DNA of 63,879 nt, filler included, from Octopus bimaculoides (Eukaryota), in the NCBI RefSeq assembly GCF_001194135.2. It is 5 parts of 5 records of this genome, joined end to end, with 100 filler letters (N's around TTAATTAATTAA, not from the genome) between each part and the next. Parts side by side here need not be neighbours in the genome. Positions count along the whole stretch, not along the records: positions 16,150 to 30,226 come from NC_069000.1; positions 30,327 to 55,981 come from NC_068996.1; 3 more parts are not named here. One strand, given 5' to 3'. The notes under the pieces are model-generated. The model was not told the DNA's origin, made no database searches, and saw only the letters and a list, made by a program, of their open reading frames with translations. Each line of letters starts with the position of its first letter. Positions within the stretch are counted from its first letter, which is position 1. Shown here piece after piece: positions 24,631 through 36,612 of this stretch. The translations under genes were made by a program, and so were the position numbers.

Positions 24631-25653
24631 CCTCAAGCTCCGGGACTGGTTACCCGGTTTCCATAACATATAAGTGATCAAGGTCACGACAAACCTCCCT
24701 AAACTGGGTGCTGGTCCGTTACGGGGTCAAGGGCAACAATTCTTGAAGGAAAGAGAACAAGTCGATTACATTGAGCCCAGTACTCCACTGGTGTTTTAAG
24801 ATCGCTTCTGTCTGGCAGCCATTTTTCAATTTCCTCAACTTTGTTTCAATTGATTTCAAATTTGGTGTATTGATGTAGTTCAGTATGCTAATTATTGACA
24901 TGAAATTCATTTTCGCTATAATTCAATAATTAAAGAGTTAATAGTTTTTAAAGTTTGCAAATTTTGGGTAATCTTAACCAATCGAAACCCATAGTAACAA
25001 GCCAAGCGTTGGAATCTTATTTACGAAAAAACCACTTGTGTCTACCAGTTCATATTTTAAGCTGTATTTTCTTATATGTATCCATCTGTTGCTGTTTTTG
25101 GATATTTTACGTTGCATTTTCAATACCCAACTCTTGAATACTTAAAACTATAAAATATGTGTTGCTTACTCGTTTTGGGATCACTTTTCGCTTATTAAAT
25201 GCTTAAAATACGTGCTATCGCCGCAATATTGACATTTTTGTTTTGTTGTCTTACGATTTCAGTCACGCACAAAATAACACCTTCCAAACCCTGTTTTCTG
25301 ACTGGGTAAAAAATATCAAATTTTAAACCTCCGTAGCTTTTTTAATTTTTTTTTCTGGAACAAATGCATTACGCCTTGAGATTCAACATGAAAAATTACA
25401 TCAATACTCCAAATTTGAAAATTTTCACTTTATTTTAAAATTTCAAAAAAGTGCAGTCAAACAGAAAATAACGGTGCTTTATTTTAACGATTCGGAGGGG
25501 ATAGAAAGGCAAAGCTGACTTTGCCGGGATTTGAACTCGGAACGTAAAGAACGAGTCGGAACAAATACTGCTAAGTATTTTGCTCGACGTGCTAATGATT
25601 CTGACAGCTTGCCGCCTGTGCTACTGCTGCTGCTACTACTACTACCACTACCA

Positions 25654-25709
<56 letters not shown>

Positions 25710-26133
25710 GCTGCTACTGCTGCTTCTGCTGCTACCATTCTGTCAGATGAATATAGAACTATGAAGTTGATGATGATAAAGACGAACACTAGAAAAGAAA
25801 GGTCTTGGAAGAACATGGACATCAAAAACTTCCAATTACCATTAAGTTTATATTCTATCGAACATATTTTACAAATCAGAAAATCTCAAGAATTCATGAA
25901 AGAAAAAAAAAAGGAAAAATGAAAAGAAGAATATCTCCCCTCCCCCCAGCCCTGACAAGATTAGCTCTGACAGGTCGGGAATTAGCTAGTCGTTCAAAAG
26001 ATAATGAGAGTTAGTGCTTTCGAAGATTTGCAGAAGAGATCTATCAAACAGAGATACTTAGAAGAAATAGTGTAAATGTCAACAAAACTTTACGCTTGAG
26101 TGACCCCAAAATAAATTGAAAAATGACATCAAG

Positions 26134-26226
<93 letters not shown>

Positions 26227-26824
26227 CATCATTATTATTATCTCCGCCTTAGTGAAGGCAGAGGTATTGTTTNNNNNNNNNNNNNNNNNNNNNNNNNNNN
26301 NNNNNNNNNNNNNNNNNNNNNNNNNNNNNNNNNNNNNNNNNNNNNNNNNNNNNNNNNNNNNNNNNNNNNNNNNNNNNNNNNNNNNNNNNNNNNNNNNNNN
26401 NNNNNNNNNNNNNNNNNNNNNNNNNNNNNNNNNNNNNNNNNNNNNNNNNNNNNNNNNNNNNNNNNNNNNNNNNNNNNNNNNNNNNNNNNNNNNNNNNNNN
26501 NNNNNNNNNNNNNNNNNNNNNNNNNNNNNNNNNNNNNNNNNNNNNNNNNNNNNNNNNNNNNNNNNNNNNNNNNNNNNNNNNNNNNNNNNNNNNNNNNNNN
26601 NNNNNNNNNNNNNNNNNNNNNNNNNNNNNNNNNNNNNNNNNNNNNNNNNNNNNNNNNNNNNNNNNNNNNNNNNNNNNNNNNNNNNNNNNNNNNNNNNNNN
26701 NNNNNNNNNNNNNNNNNNNNNNNNNNNNNNNNNNNNNNNNNNNNNNNNNNNNNNNNNNNNNNNNNNNNNNNNNNNNNNNNNNNNNNNNNNNNNNNNNNNN
26801 NNNNNNNNNNNNNNNNNNNNNNNN

Positions 26825-26894
<70 letters not shown>

Positions 26895-27450
26895 GCTTTT
26901 AATCTGCATGTTTGTTACAATCACTTGCCGAGACACACCCAGCGTCCTAGGGCGAGAGAAGGATAAGAGATGTTATAGTATGACTGAAAGATTGGGGAGG
27001 GGAAGTGGCAGGGGCAGTAGCGAAATATCTTCATGTAATACAACACAAGCATTTAAATGTATATGGTTTTTCTAAGGATGTGGGCAGTACTTGTCAGCAC
27101 AATCTTTTGGATTTCTCTGAGACATGGTTCTCCTGGGATCTTATCTAGATGTTTCTGACACCCCTTTTTCATCATACCTAAGACACCTACAATAACAGGG
27201 ACAGTCCTCTCTTTAAGATGCTACATATTTTGTATTTCAATTTCTAGGTCCTTATATTTACTTAATTTGCTAAATTCCTTTGCAAATATATTTTTATCAG
27301 TGAAGACACATCTTATTGGTCTACAAGTATTATTTCTTCCCTTTCTTTAATAATTATGTTTGGTCGATTAGCCTGGATCGTTCTGTCAGTGTTGACTAGA
27401 GAAATCCAGAGGATAGTGACATTTTTACCTTCAACGACTGGCAGGAGTGC
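26895..27450 (-). mobile_element. R4/Dong-clade non-LTR retrotransposon 3' fragment (restriction-like endonuclease), ending in (TAA)n
   Basis: VVEGKNVTILW...TDRTIQANRPNIIIK...KEFSKLSKYKDLEIEIQNM*HLKERTVPVIVGVLG...IQKIVLTSTAHILRK; stop at 27053-27055; (TTA)n at 26824-26894. Confidence 0.85.
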
Positions 27451-27985
27451 TGATTTTGTAGTGTTTACATATTGACGAGATCAAGCAAGGTCGAAATAAT
27501 GTGATCTGGGGGTCTGGGCGCAGGGAATAGCGGGATCTATCTTCCCGCCAGTGATATAACAAGTGTACATTTCGCACCAAAAATCCATATGAATGTTTCT
27601 CTTAGGGTATCGACCGCAGTAAAGCTTTTTCAAACAGAACATCTACGTTTAAGTATTTAAGTGAGGATAGATATTACTTCTCGGTATTAATACAGCCTCT
27701 GTCGCTAATATATATATTGTTTTGTTTCCGTGTGGATAGTGCGGATAGAGCTAATTTCGTTCTTTAATGTTAATTTTTATGGTTGCTCTATAACCCATTA
27801 ATCTTCTTATGTCTCTGGGAAACTACGAAGCTCATTTTCTTGCAAGATGTTCATATAACACCACGGCGTCACTGTCCACATCTGGTGTCTAATAAAAGAC
27901 ATTAGTAAAGAATCATATGCCATTTACCATTTATTTCCTTCTATTACAAAACCCCCTTAAAGCAAAAACACTTCGTGCTCTTTAC

Positions 27986-28038
<53 letters not shown>

Positions 28039-28061
28039 GATACATACATACACACACGCAT

Positions 28062-28118
<57 letters not shown>

Positions 28119-28350
28119 GAGAGAGAGAGAGAAAGAGAGAGAGAGGGAGGGAGAGAGGGATGTTCGATTTAATGTCGAGCTACAATAAAGATAATTTTAC
28201 GTTTAGTTGAATTAATCAATACTTTTGGTAGAATACATGTTTACTATACTTTTAAAAGAAGGGTTGTGTCAGTTGCTTTGAAATTCAGTCAGGTGTTAAA
28301 TAACCACCCAAGGGATATTATATATCCAAAGAATTACTGCTTTATTACCT

Positions 28351-28703
28351 ATATACTTAACCAATGGTAACCGAATTTGTTCGTTACTATTAATTAAATT
28401 TTTCCTTAACCAATGGTGCCGAATTTCTTCGATACCATTGGTTAAATTATACTTAGCCAATGTTTACCGATCTTGTTCGTTACCATAGGTTAAGTTATAC
28501 TTGAATATTGGTTACTAATTATGTTTGATACCATTGATTAGTTTGTACTTAACCAATGGTAACAGATTTTAGTCGTTACCACTGGTTAAATCAGACTTAA
28601 CCAATGGTAAACGATTTTGCTCGTTAGTATTGGTGAAATTATACTTAACCACTGCTAACCGATTTTGTTCGTTATTATTGGCTGACTAATTGACCAATGG
28701 TAC
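28351..28703. repeat. 48-bp minisatellite of palindromic units (about 7.3 copies)
   Basis: Unit starts at 28356, 28405, 28452, 28500, 28548, 28596 and 28644. Consensus ttaaccaatggtaac-cgattttgttc-gttaccattggttaa-attatac. Confidence 0.9.
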
Positions 28704-29116
28704 TTATTATCTGACGAAAGAAAAACGACAGCACCATCAGCTGCAGCGGTAACGACCGCAACAACAACAATAACAACAACGATAGCGAATATGTGAAGTG
28801 GGAGCTATGTGAACACAGTACAGTGTTGTGTATTCACCTCGTGTTAACAAGTAGCAGACATTTGGAATGTTTGTATGTGTGTGTGTGTGTGTGTGTATGT
28901 GTGTGTGTGTGTGTATGTGTGTGTGTGTGTGTATGTGTGTGAATGTGAGTGAGGGCGAGAGAGAGAGAGAGGGAAAGAGAGTGAGAGAGAGAGGNNNNNN
29001 NNNNNNNNNNNNNNNNNNNNNNNNNNNNNNNNNNNNNNNNNNNNNNNNNNNNNNNNNNNNNNNNNNNNNNNNNNNNNNNNNNNNNNNNNNNNNNNNNNNN
29101 NNNNNNNNNNNNNNNN

Positions 29117-29516
29117 TAGATTGTAGCCATGCTGGGGCACCGCCTTGAAGAACTTTAGTCGAACGAATCAACCTCAGTAGTTTTTTATTATTATTATTAT
29201 TTTCTGAAGCCTGGTACTTATTCTATCGGTCTCCTTTGCCGAATCACTTTGTTACGGGGACGTAAATCCACCAACACCGGTTGTCAAACGATGTTGGCGA
29301 CAAACACACACATATACATGTCCAGCGATGTTGAGGATACGCACACACACATATACATGACGGGCTTCTTTCAGTATATGACTACCAAATCCATTCACAA
29401 GGCTTTGGTCAGCCCGAGGCTATAGTAGAAGACACTTGCCCAAGGTGCAACGTAGTAGGACTGAACACGGAGCCATGTGGTTAGTAAGCAAACTACGTAC
29501 CACACAGCCACTCCTG
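29117..29516 (-). mobile_element. SINE family 1
   Basis: Family 1 sequence. Confidence 0.8.
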
Positions 29517-29779
29517 TTAAAACATTTTGTGTGTTGTAGACATATAAGCAATTTATTGCTCATAAATTTTAACAACAAAAATCTTATATGGATCCCAAAG
29601 CGCCATATGGGACCCCGGTTGTGAACCACTGATCTAAATTGTATTCTTTTTCTAAGATAATAAGATAGTGTGATTTGAGGGCAATTTGGCTGTTATTTCT
29701 GGCAGGACGAGCCTGTGACGTAACGGCTAATTCGTTAACACAGGCTACTTTGTTTCATGCACCTTCGATAGCTCAGACA

Positions 29780-29920
29780 ACCTCGTTATCGCAGATTCAA
29801 TCATTGTCTCCTTCGTTATCTCGGACTCCCTCGCTACCTCGGATCCCCTAACCACCTAGGATTTCCTCGTTATCTCGGACTTCCTTGTTATCTCAGGTTG
29901 CCCCTTAATCTCGACTCCCT
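29780..29920. repeat. Degenerate tandem of about 18 bp (ctcgttatctcggactcc, about 7 units)
   Basis: cctcgttatcgcagattc, cttcgttatctcggactcc, ctcgctacctcggatccc, ctcgttatctcggacttc, cttgttatctcaggttgc. Confidence 0.6.
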
Positions 29921-29934
29921 ATTTACTCGTTTAC

Positions 29935-30226
29935 TCGTTCACTTGTGTCAGTCATTTGACTGTGGCCATGCTGGAGCACCACCTTTAGTCGAGCAAATCG
30001 ACCCCAGGACTTATTCTTTGTAAGCCTAGTACTTATTCTATCGGTCTCTTTTTGCCGAATCGCTAAGTTACGGGGACGTAAACACACCCGCATCGGTTGT
30101 CAAGCGATGGTGGGGTGACAAACACAGACACACAAACATATACAAACACACATATATATACATATACATATATACGACGGACTTCTTTCTGTTTCTGTCT
30201 ACCAAATCCGCTCACAAGACTTTGGT
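29935..30226 (-). mobile_element. SINE family 1 (runs into a gap)
   Basis: Family 1 sequence. Confidence 0.85.
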
Positions 30227-30325
30227 NNNNNNNNNNNNNNNNNNNNNNNNNNNNNNNNNNNNNNNNNNNNTTAATTAATTAANNNNNNNNNNNNNNNNNN
30301 NNNNNNNNNNNNNNNNNNNNNNNNN

Positions 30326-31345
30326 NACTGTTGGAAAACAGTTTATAGCAGAGACTCCAGCTAAGAAGATCTGAAGAAGGAATTGTAATTCCGAAATATC
30401 ATCGGACTATAGATAACCAAATTACAACAAAGGGACAACAAAACATCCAGGTAGACGATACAAAGAAAACAAGCTCAGGTCATTCGGGGTTTTCTTTCAT
30501 CAGTCAAGTTTCAGATTATCTTTGCAAATTCGGCTAATTGTACTCGAGATTGCTCCAATCTGGCCAACCCCAAGGAAAAACTAAGCTAAGAGCATTAGAT
30601 TCCTTGGAAGAAAGCAACGAATGTGTACAAAAATAAGGACGGAAAGAAAATGGACAATGTTACACAAATACAATAAAAATAATAACAGGACATAACAACA
30701 GATGTTTTTTTACTAAGGACGAATTAAATTAAGCTGGCATGTGTGGAAGTAAAGCCTTACGGAAGGGATACAATGTTTCACAGACACAGGGAGGAATATC
30801 GATGTTGCACGCACAACGGCCGGCTAAGAAAGAAAGATCACGCTTGGCCGAACGCCGGTCACATGCGAAGAGAAGAGAGAGAAGTAGAGGCAGAGAGACA
30901 AAAGAATTAAGGTGGGGCGAGAAAAAATGACAGGGACACATTGAAGTGAAAAGAGGAGGGAAAGTGAGCAAGAAGAGAAAGCAAGGAAATGTGAGAGAAG
31001 GGGAACGAAAGAACGAAGAGTGGAATGAACGAATAAGGGTGAAAGGGCTGATAGACAGTACAAGTTGTTCTGTCCTGTTATTATTTTTATTGTATTTGTG
31101 TAACATTGTTCGTTTTTTTCCGTCCTTGTTTTGTATTCATTCGCTGCTTTCTTCCAAGGAATGTAATGCTCTTAGCTTAATTTTTCCTTGGGGCTGACCA
31201 GATTCGAGCAATATCGAGAATAACCAGCCGAAATTGCAAAGATAATCTGGATCTCGACCGATGAAAAAAAACTCGCAATGACCTGAGCTTGTTTTCTTTG
31301 TATCGTCTATCTGGATATTTTGTTGTCCCTTTCTTGTATAACCTG
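30326..31345. mobile_element. Repeat family A: convergent inverted pair (about 30420-30712 + and 31063-31345 -)
   Basis: aagggacaacaaaacatccaggtagacgatacaaagaaaacaagctcaggtcatt...aataacaggacataacaac recurs as a diverged reverse complement. Confidence 0.8.
30368..30403 (+). ncRNA. Minimal type-I hammerhead at the head of repeat family A
   Basis: GAU-CUGAAGA-A-GGAAU(UGUA)AUUCC-GAA-AUAU-C/AUC: 3-bp stem I, 5-bp stem II, palindromic AUAU stem III, AUC triplet. Confidence 0.75.
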
Positions 31346-31439
31346 TCTGCATGTTTTGCGTTCTTGTCCCATTTTGTATTATATATATATATATATATAT
31401 AGCGGCGTACGTACACTTTGTCTCTTATTTGTAAATATA

Positions 31440-31630
31440 TATAATAAAAAACCCAAGAAAAACACAAGAAAAATTACATCTCGACGACGTGGTACATGAA
31501 AAGTATTAACAGACGCTCAGGGAAGGAAAGTTGGGTTACGGTTCGAGCAAAGCTCTTCGTCAGAAGCAGAAGACAGAGGATAGTCCAAGAAAAAAGGAAG
31601 ACGGAGGAAAAAATCGCCAATGATCCGCTA
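31440..31630 (-). mobile_element. Hammerhead-bearing repeat related to family C (ribozyme at 31531-31567, degenerate)
   Basis: Minus strand gctt-CUGACGA-A-GAGC(UUU)GCUC-GAAccgua, followed by actttccttccctgagcgtctgttaatac, which resembles the tail after 36042. Confidence 0.6.
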
Positions 31631-32783
31631 TATATATATTACATTATATTATATTATATCATATTATATTATGACATCACTGGTATCGGCCTTTGTCTTT
31701 TCCTTAGATAACATCGGTGGCACGGAGAGGGGTGACTGATATGCATGGGCGACTGCTGGTCTTCCATAAACAGCCTTGCCTAGATTTGTACCTAGGAGGA
31801 GAACTTTCTAGATGCAATCCCATGATCATTCATGACCGAAGGGGGTCTTTACCCTTTATTCTGTATTGTATTATATTATATTATATTACATTATATTGTA
31901 TTATAATATATATGCAAACATTTTTTTTCAGAATGAGATAAAAAAACCAGCACTGTGAAGATTTTAAAACATTTATAAATAGAAGGTCTTACACCTGTTT
32001 CCTAGGTAAAGAGGACAACAAACGTTAAGGCAAGGCAAACATCTCAAGTCATATACATTATTATTATTGCAAAAAAGATTCAAAGTCTTGCGGCTGTTTC
32101 TGGAATAACCCAGAGTATGGGATATTCCGTCACCGGAGACAAATATGGAAAATGAGAAGGGTATAGATTAATGAAATGACTACATAGAGGACCGGAGTGA
32201 AGGAATAAGGGGATGAAGAAAGAGAAGAAAAAAGCCTAAAAGTTCACAGTTCAACTTTCCGATCTTGTAGAAATAAGTCTATAAGTTCTTAGGTGCAATC
32301 TTGCGTAAATCTATGCACTTAACTGGTTGTTATATTATTACTGTTATTTCCGTTCAGAACAGATTTAAACATTTGAATAGACCATTTTTCTTTATCTTTC
32401 TTCCAGCCTCACTTATGAATTAAAAATTATCTCTACCATAAAAATATAAACAAGTTACAGAATATCGGTACGCCTGGCAAACCATGATGTTTAAGTGCAT
32501 GCGGATTGGTCAAAAAGGTATTCTAAAAGTTAAATTTGTTGGAGCGTTTTAACAGGTACTAAAGTTGTCAAGAACTTAACTGCTAATTAATCATATTTGA
32601 AATCTGTTGATTGCACTATGTATGAAAGCAGTAATTTAGCTTTATGACCATTACAAATTATTTTTTAAATGTTAAGATACCATAATAATAAATGTGAAAA
32701 ACAGACAATGTCTTAACTTTATTCAACTTAGATATTATTCTATACACTTTCACACAAATTCGAAATAAAATATACATATATAC

Positions 32784-32946
32784 AGGTGCAAGAGTGGCTG
32801 TGTAGCCAGTAGCTTGCTTACCAGCCACCCGGTTCCAGGTTCAGTCCCACTGCGTAGCAACTTGGGCAAGTGTCTTCTACTATAGCCTCGGGCCGACCAA
32901 AGCTTTGTGAGTGGATCTGGTGGACGGAAACTGAAGGTAGCCCGCT
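32784..32946 (+). mobile_element. SINE family 1, 5' part
   Basis: caggtgcaagagtggctgtgtagccagtagc...gaaactgaagg. Confidence 0.8.
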
Positions 32947-32952
32947 ATATAT

Positions 32953-32997
<45 letters not shown>

Positions 32998-33500
32998 NNN
33001 NNNNNNNNNNNNNNNNNNNNNNNNNNNNNNNNNNNNNNNNNNNNNNNNNNNNNNNNNNNNNNNNNNNNNNNNNNNNNNNNNNNNNNNNNNNNNNNNNNNN
33101 NNNNNNNNNNNNNNNNNNNNNNNNNNNNNNNNNNNNNNNNNNNNNNNNNNNNNNNNNNNNNNNNNNNNNNNNNNNNNNNNNNNNNNNNNNNNNNNNNNNN
33201 NNNNNNNNNNNNNNNNNNNNNNNNNNNNNNNNNNNNNNNNNNNNNNNNNNNNNNNNNNNNNNNNNNNNNNNNNNNNNNNNNNNNNNNNNNNNNNNNNNNN
33301 NNNNNNNNNNNNNNNNNNNNNNNNNNNNNNNNNNNNNNNNNNNNNNNNNNNNNNNNNNNNNNNNNNNNNNNNNNNNNNNNNNNNNNNNNNNNNNNNNNNN
33401 NNNNNNNNNNNNNNNNNNNNNNNNNNNNNNNNNNNNAAAAAACGAAAGTGAATAAGGATTGCGTCTCACCTGCAAAAGTACAAGAAGGAATGCCAGTTAA

Positions 33501-33556
33501 CCTGGTATCGTGATTTCGAATTTAGCGCCAAAAACACTTGATTCTCTTCAGCCAAG
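33501..33556 (-). ncRNA. Type-I hammerhead ribozyme motif
   Basis: Minus strand CUUGG-CUGAAGA-GAAU(ca AGUG uuuuug g CGCU aa)AUUC-GAA-AUC(AC)GAU-A/CCAGG: 5-bp stem I, 4-bp stem II plus an inner helix, near-palindromic stem III, AUA triplet. Confidence 0.75.
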
Positions 33557-34441
33557 CCTACTCATGACAAACCTATATATCACTTCAACCGATGCCTCTG
33601 TTCGTTTCAATGCCCAAACCACACTGAGAAAACGAAGTAAGTGAATAAAATGTTTAAATACATATAAAGAACATTAATACTCATATGAGAGATAATAATG
33701 TTAGTGGCCGCAAGCTAAAAAGAGCTCATGGTTGAGAAGCAAGTTTGTTAACCGCGCAGCCACGCCTGATACACACATATTTAGATACAAACATACATTC
33801 ATATACATACATACGTTTATACATACATATATACATATATACACATATTCATGCATGCATGCATACATACATACATACATACAAACATACATAAATGCAT
33901 ATATACATACATACATACATACATACATGCATGCATGAATACACACACACACACACATACATACATAAATACATACATACATACATACATACATACACAC
34001 ATATGTATACACACCTACTTATACACAACGTATTTATCATTGCTAAGAACGCAATACTTATATCTTCAATCTTTGCTTTCGATAGGTCTTTTACTTTCAT
34101 ATTCAATCATTTTTTAAAAAGATATTCTATTGTTTTGGCCAGTTGCTTTATCCTAATCTGTTTGATTTCATTTCATCTTTTTAATTTATTAATATATTTA
34201 TGTATACTTTTGGAAATATTTTTGAATTTGGTTTACTATCAATTTGTTTATCTGTTTACTTACTGTTTACTTATGTTGGCAGCTGCTTAGGTGTTTTTAC
34301 CGCTTCACCGCCTAACTATACCGGTGATTTGTTTTTTCTTTTGTTTATTCTTGTAAACTTTTCTTTTTTTTCTTGATGGGGTTGGTGGGAGGTTGACGTC
34401 GTATTGCTTGCTGCATTTACCATACTTGGACATACATACAA

Positions 34442-34496
<55 letters not shown>

Positions 34497-34579
34497 CATA
34501 CATACATACATACATACATAGGTAAATGGGTATGTAGGTATGTAGGTAAGTAGGTAGGTAGGTAGGTAGGTAAGTAGGT

Positions 34580-34617
<38 letters not shown>

Positions 34618-35689
34618 NNNNNNNNNNNNNNNNNNNNNNNNNNNNNNNNNNNNNNNNNNNNNNNNNNNNNNNNNNNNNNNNNNNNNNNNNNNNNNNNNNN
34701 NNNNNNNNNNNNNNNNNAGAGGAGAGGGAGAAGAAGGAAGAGGAGAGGGAAAAGAAGGAAGAGGAGAGGGAGAAGAAGGAAGAGGAGGTGGAGGAAGAAG
34801 AGGAGTATAGCAACGCTGGTGATGACGACGACGACGACGGTGGTACCGACGACGATGACTACGCCGATTATTAGGTATGAACCTAATGTAACTCACTCCC
34901 TTGTCCCTCTTCTATTCACTTCCCCAGCAAAAATTATTTCGTTTTTTTTCTCTTTCTTTCCTTCTTATCTACAGTTATTTGTTTGTTTATATTTACAAGT
35001 GTTTACCATTTCTGTTATGGAAAGTTAACAGCAATGGAAATTGTAGCAATGCTTCATTCCCTAACTCGTCGGGCAATATAACAACGTGGCAACCTAAACT
35101 CAGGATCTTTAACACAAGTGTATGGATGTACCTGATATTACCCAAACTGCAAAATGGATGCAACACAACATGATGCACGGGGTGACACCCATAAGGGACA
35201 GGAGCAAGGTGGAAATGATTGTTGTACAAATTAAAGATTGATACCAAATTCATTTTCTGGTTACATAATCAATTATCATTATCACAACTAACACTGCAGA
35301 GTTCATGAAGTAGATCCAACGGAAATATACCCCGACTGCGGATGACAACTGGTAGCCCAAAACTATTCCAGTGATCTACTCAACACTTCAACATACTAAC
35401 TCCCAACCTCTTCCTATCCACATGCCCCACCTCTATCTCAGCCTAACCCACACCACACCACGCTACACCGTACCACACATCACATCACACCACCACGCAC
35501 AAACCAGCACTGACCAATTCCCATCCCCACATTTTCACAATCTGCACATACACGCATGCACGTGTCAAGATTACCAGCATTCTCTTACACACACACCTTC
35601 GTTTTGGAATCACTACTACTTTGTTATCTCCCCTTCTTCTTAACTCCCCTATATGACCCTTCTGTCCGGCATTCGCTATGATAGATCGC

Positions 35690-36140
35690 TAACCACTAAA
35701 CGCATTGTTTTGTTCTCTCCTTGTTTCTTTCTGTGAAAGAACGTAGGTTCGAAACGTTAAAGACTTTTTCAATTCCNNNNNNNNNNTTGTTCTCTCCTTG
35801 TTTCTTTCTGTGAAAGAGCGTAGGTTCGAAACGTTAAAGACTTTTTCAATTCCCGACCGTTCTACTAATACATCCATTTGTTGTTTACACCACCTATCTT
35901 CGTCTGTTATTTTTTCTTTTTGTAAATTCTCCCTATATTATGATTGACCGTTGACTGGACACTATTCAATTTTTTTTCTCCGTGTTTTTCTCCTTGTCTC
36001 CGTATTCTTTCTGTTGAAGAGCGTAGCTCGAAACGTCAAAGACTTTCCGTATTCCCGAGCGTCATACTAATACATCCTTTTGTTATTTACACCACCTGTC
36101 CTCGCCTGTTGTTGTTTTTTCGTATATTCTCCCACATATA
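35690..36140 (+). mobile_element. Repeat family C: tandem units each carrying a core-variant hammerhead (35726-35765, 35803-35840, 36006-36042)
   Basis: UCUUU-CUGU(U/G)(G/A)A-A-GA(A/G)C(GUA[G])G(U/C)UC-GAA-ACGU-(U/C)/AAAGA; 203 bp between the 2nd and 3rd cores; downstream tails homologous. Confidence 0.75.
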
Positions 36141-36211
36141 NNNNNNNNNNNNNNNNNNNNNNNNNNNNNNNNNNNNNNNNNNNNNNNNNNNNNNNNNNNN
36201 NNNNNNNNNNN

Positions 36212-36612
36212 AGTTTCCGTCTGCCAAATTCGCTCACAAGGCTCTGGTCGGCCGGAGGCTATAGTTGAAGACGCTTGCCCATGGTGCCACGCAGTGGGAC
36301 TGAACCCGGAACCATGTGGCTGATAAGCAAGCTACTTACCACACAGCCACTCCTGCGCCTATTATATATATATTTATGTGCTTGTGCCTGTATTTGTCCC
36401 CCCACTCACACACACACACATATCGCTCGACAACCGATTTTGGTGTGTTTACGTCACTGTAACATTAGTGGTTCGGTAAAAGATACCGATGAAATAAGTA
36501 CTAGGTTTACATAGAATAAGTCTTGGGGTCGATTTGTTTGACTAAAACCTCTTAGGGGCTGTTCCAGCATGGCCACAGTCACCTGACTGTAATAACTAAA
36601 AGAATAAAAGAA
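36212..36612. mobile_element. SINE family 1: head on - (36212-36361) and tail on + (36362-36612), i.e. an internally inverted copy
   Basis: Family 1 head and tail sequences in opposite orientation, joined at a TA run. Confidence 0.7.

Noticed and set aside
28351-28703. CRISPR-like interpretation of the palindromic array
   Set aside because: The intervening sequences are conserved rather than unique spacers, the context is eukaryotic and there are no cas genes.
34990-35173. ORF rich in N-glycosylation sequons (NCS, NAS, NSS, NIT, NTS, NTT)
   Set aside because: No convincing splice sites, not EGF-like, and Asn codons are common in AT-rich DNA.
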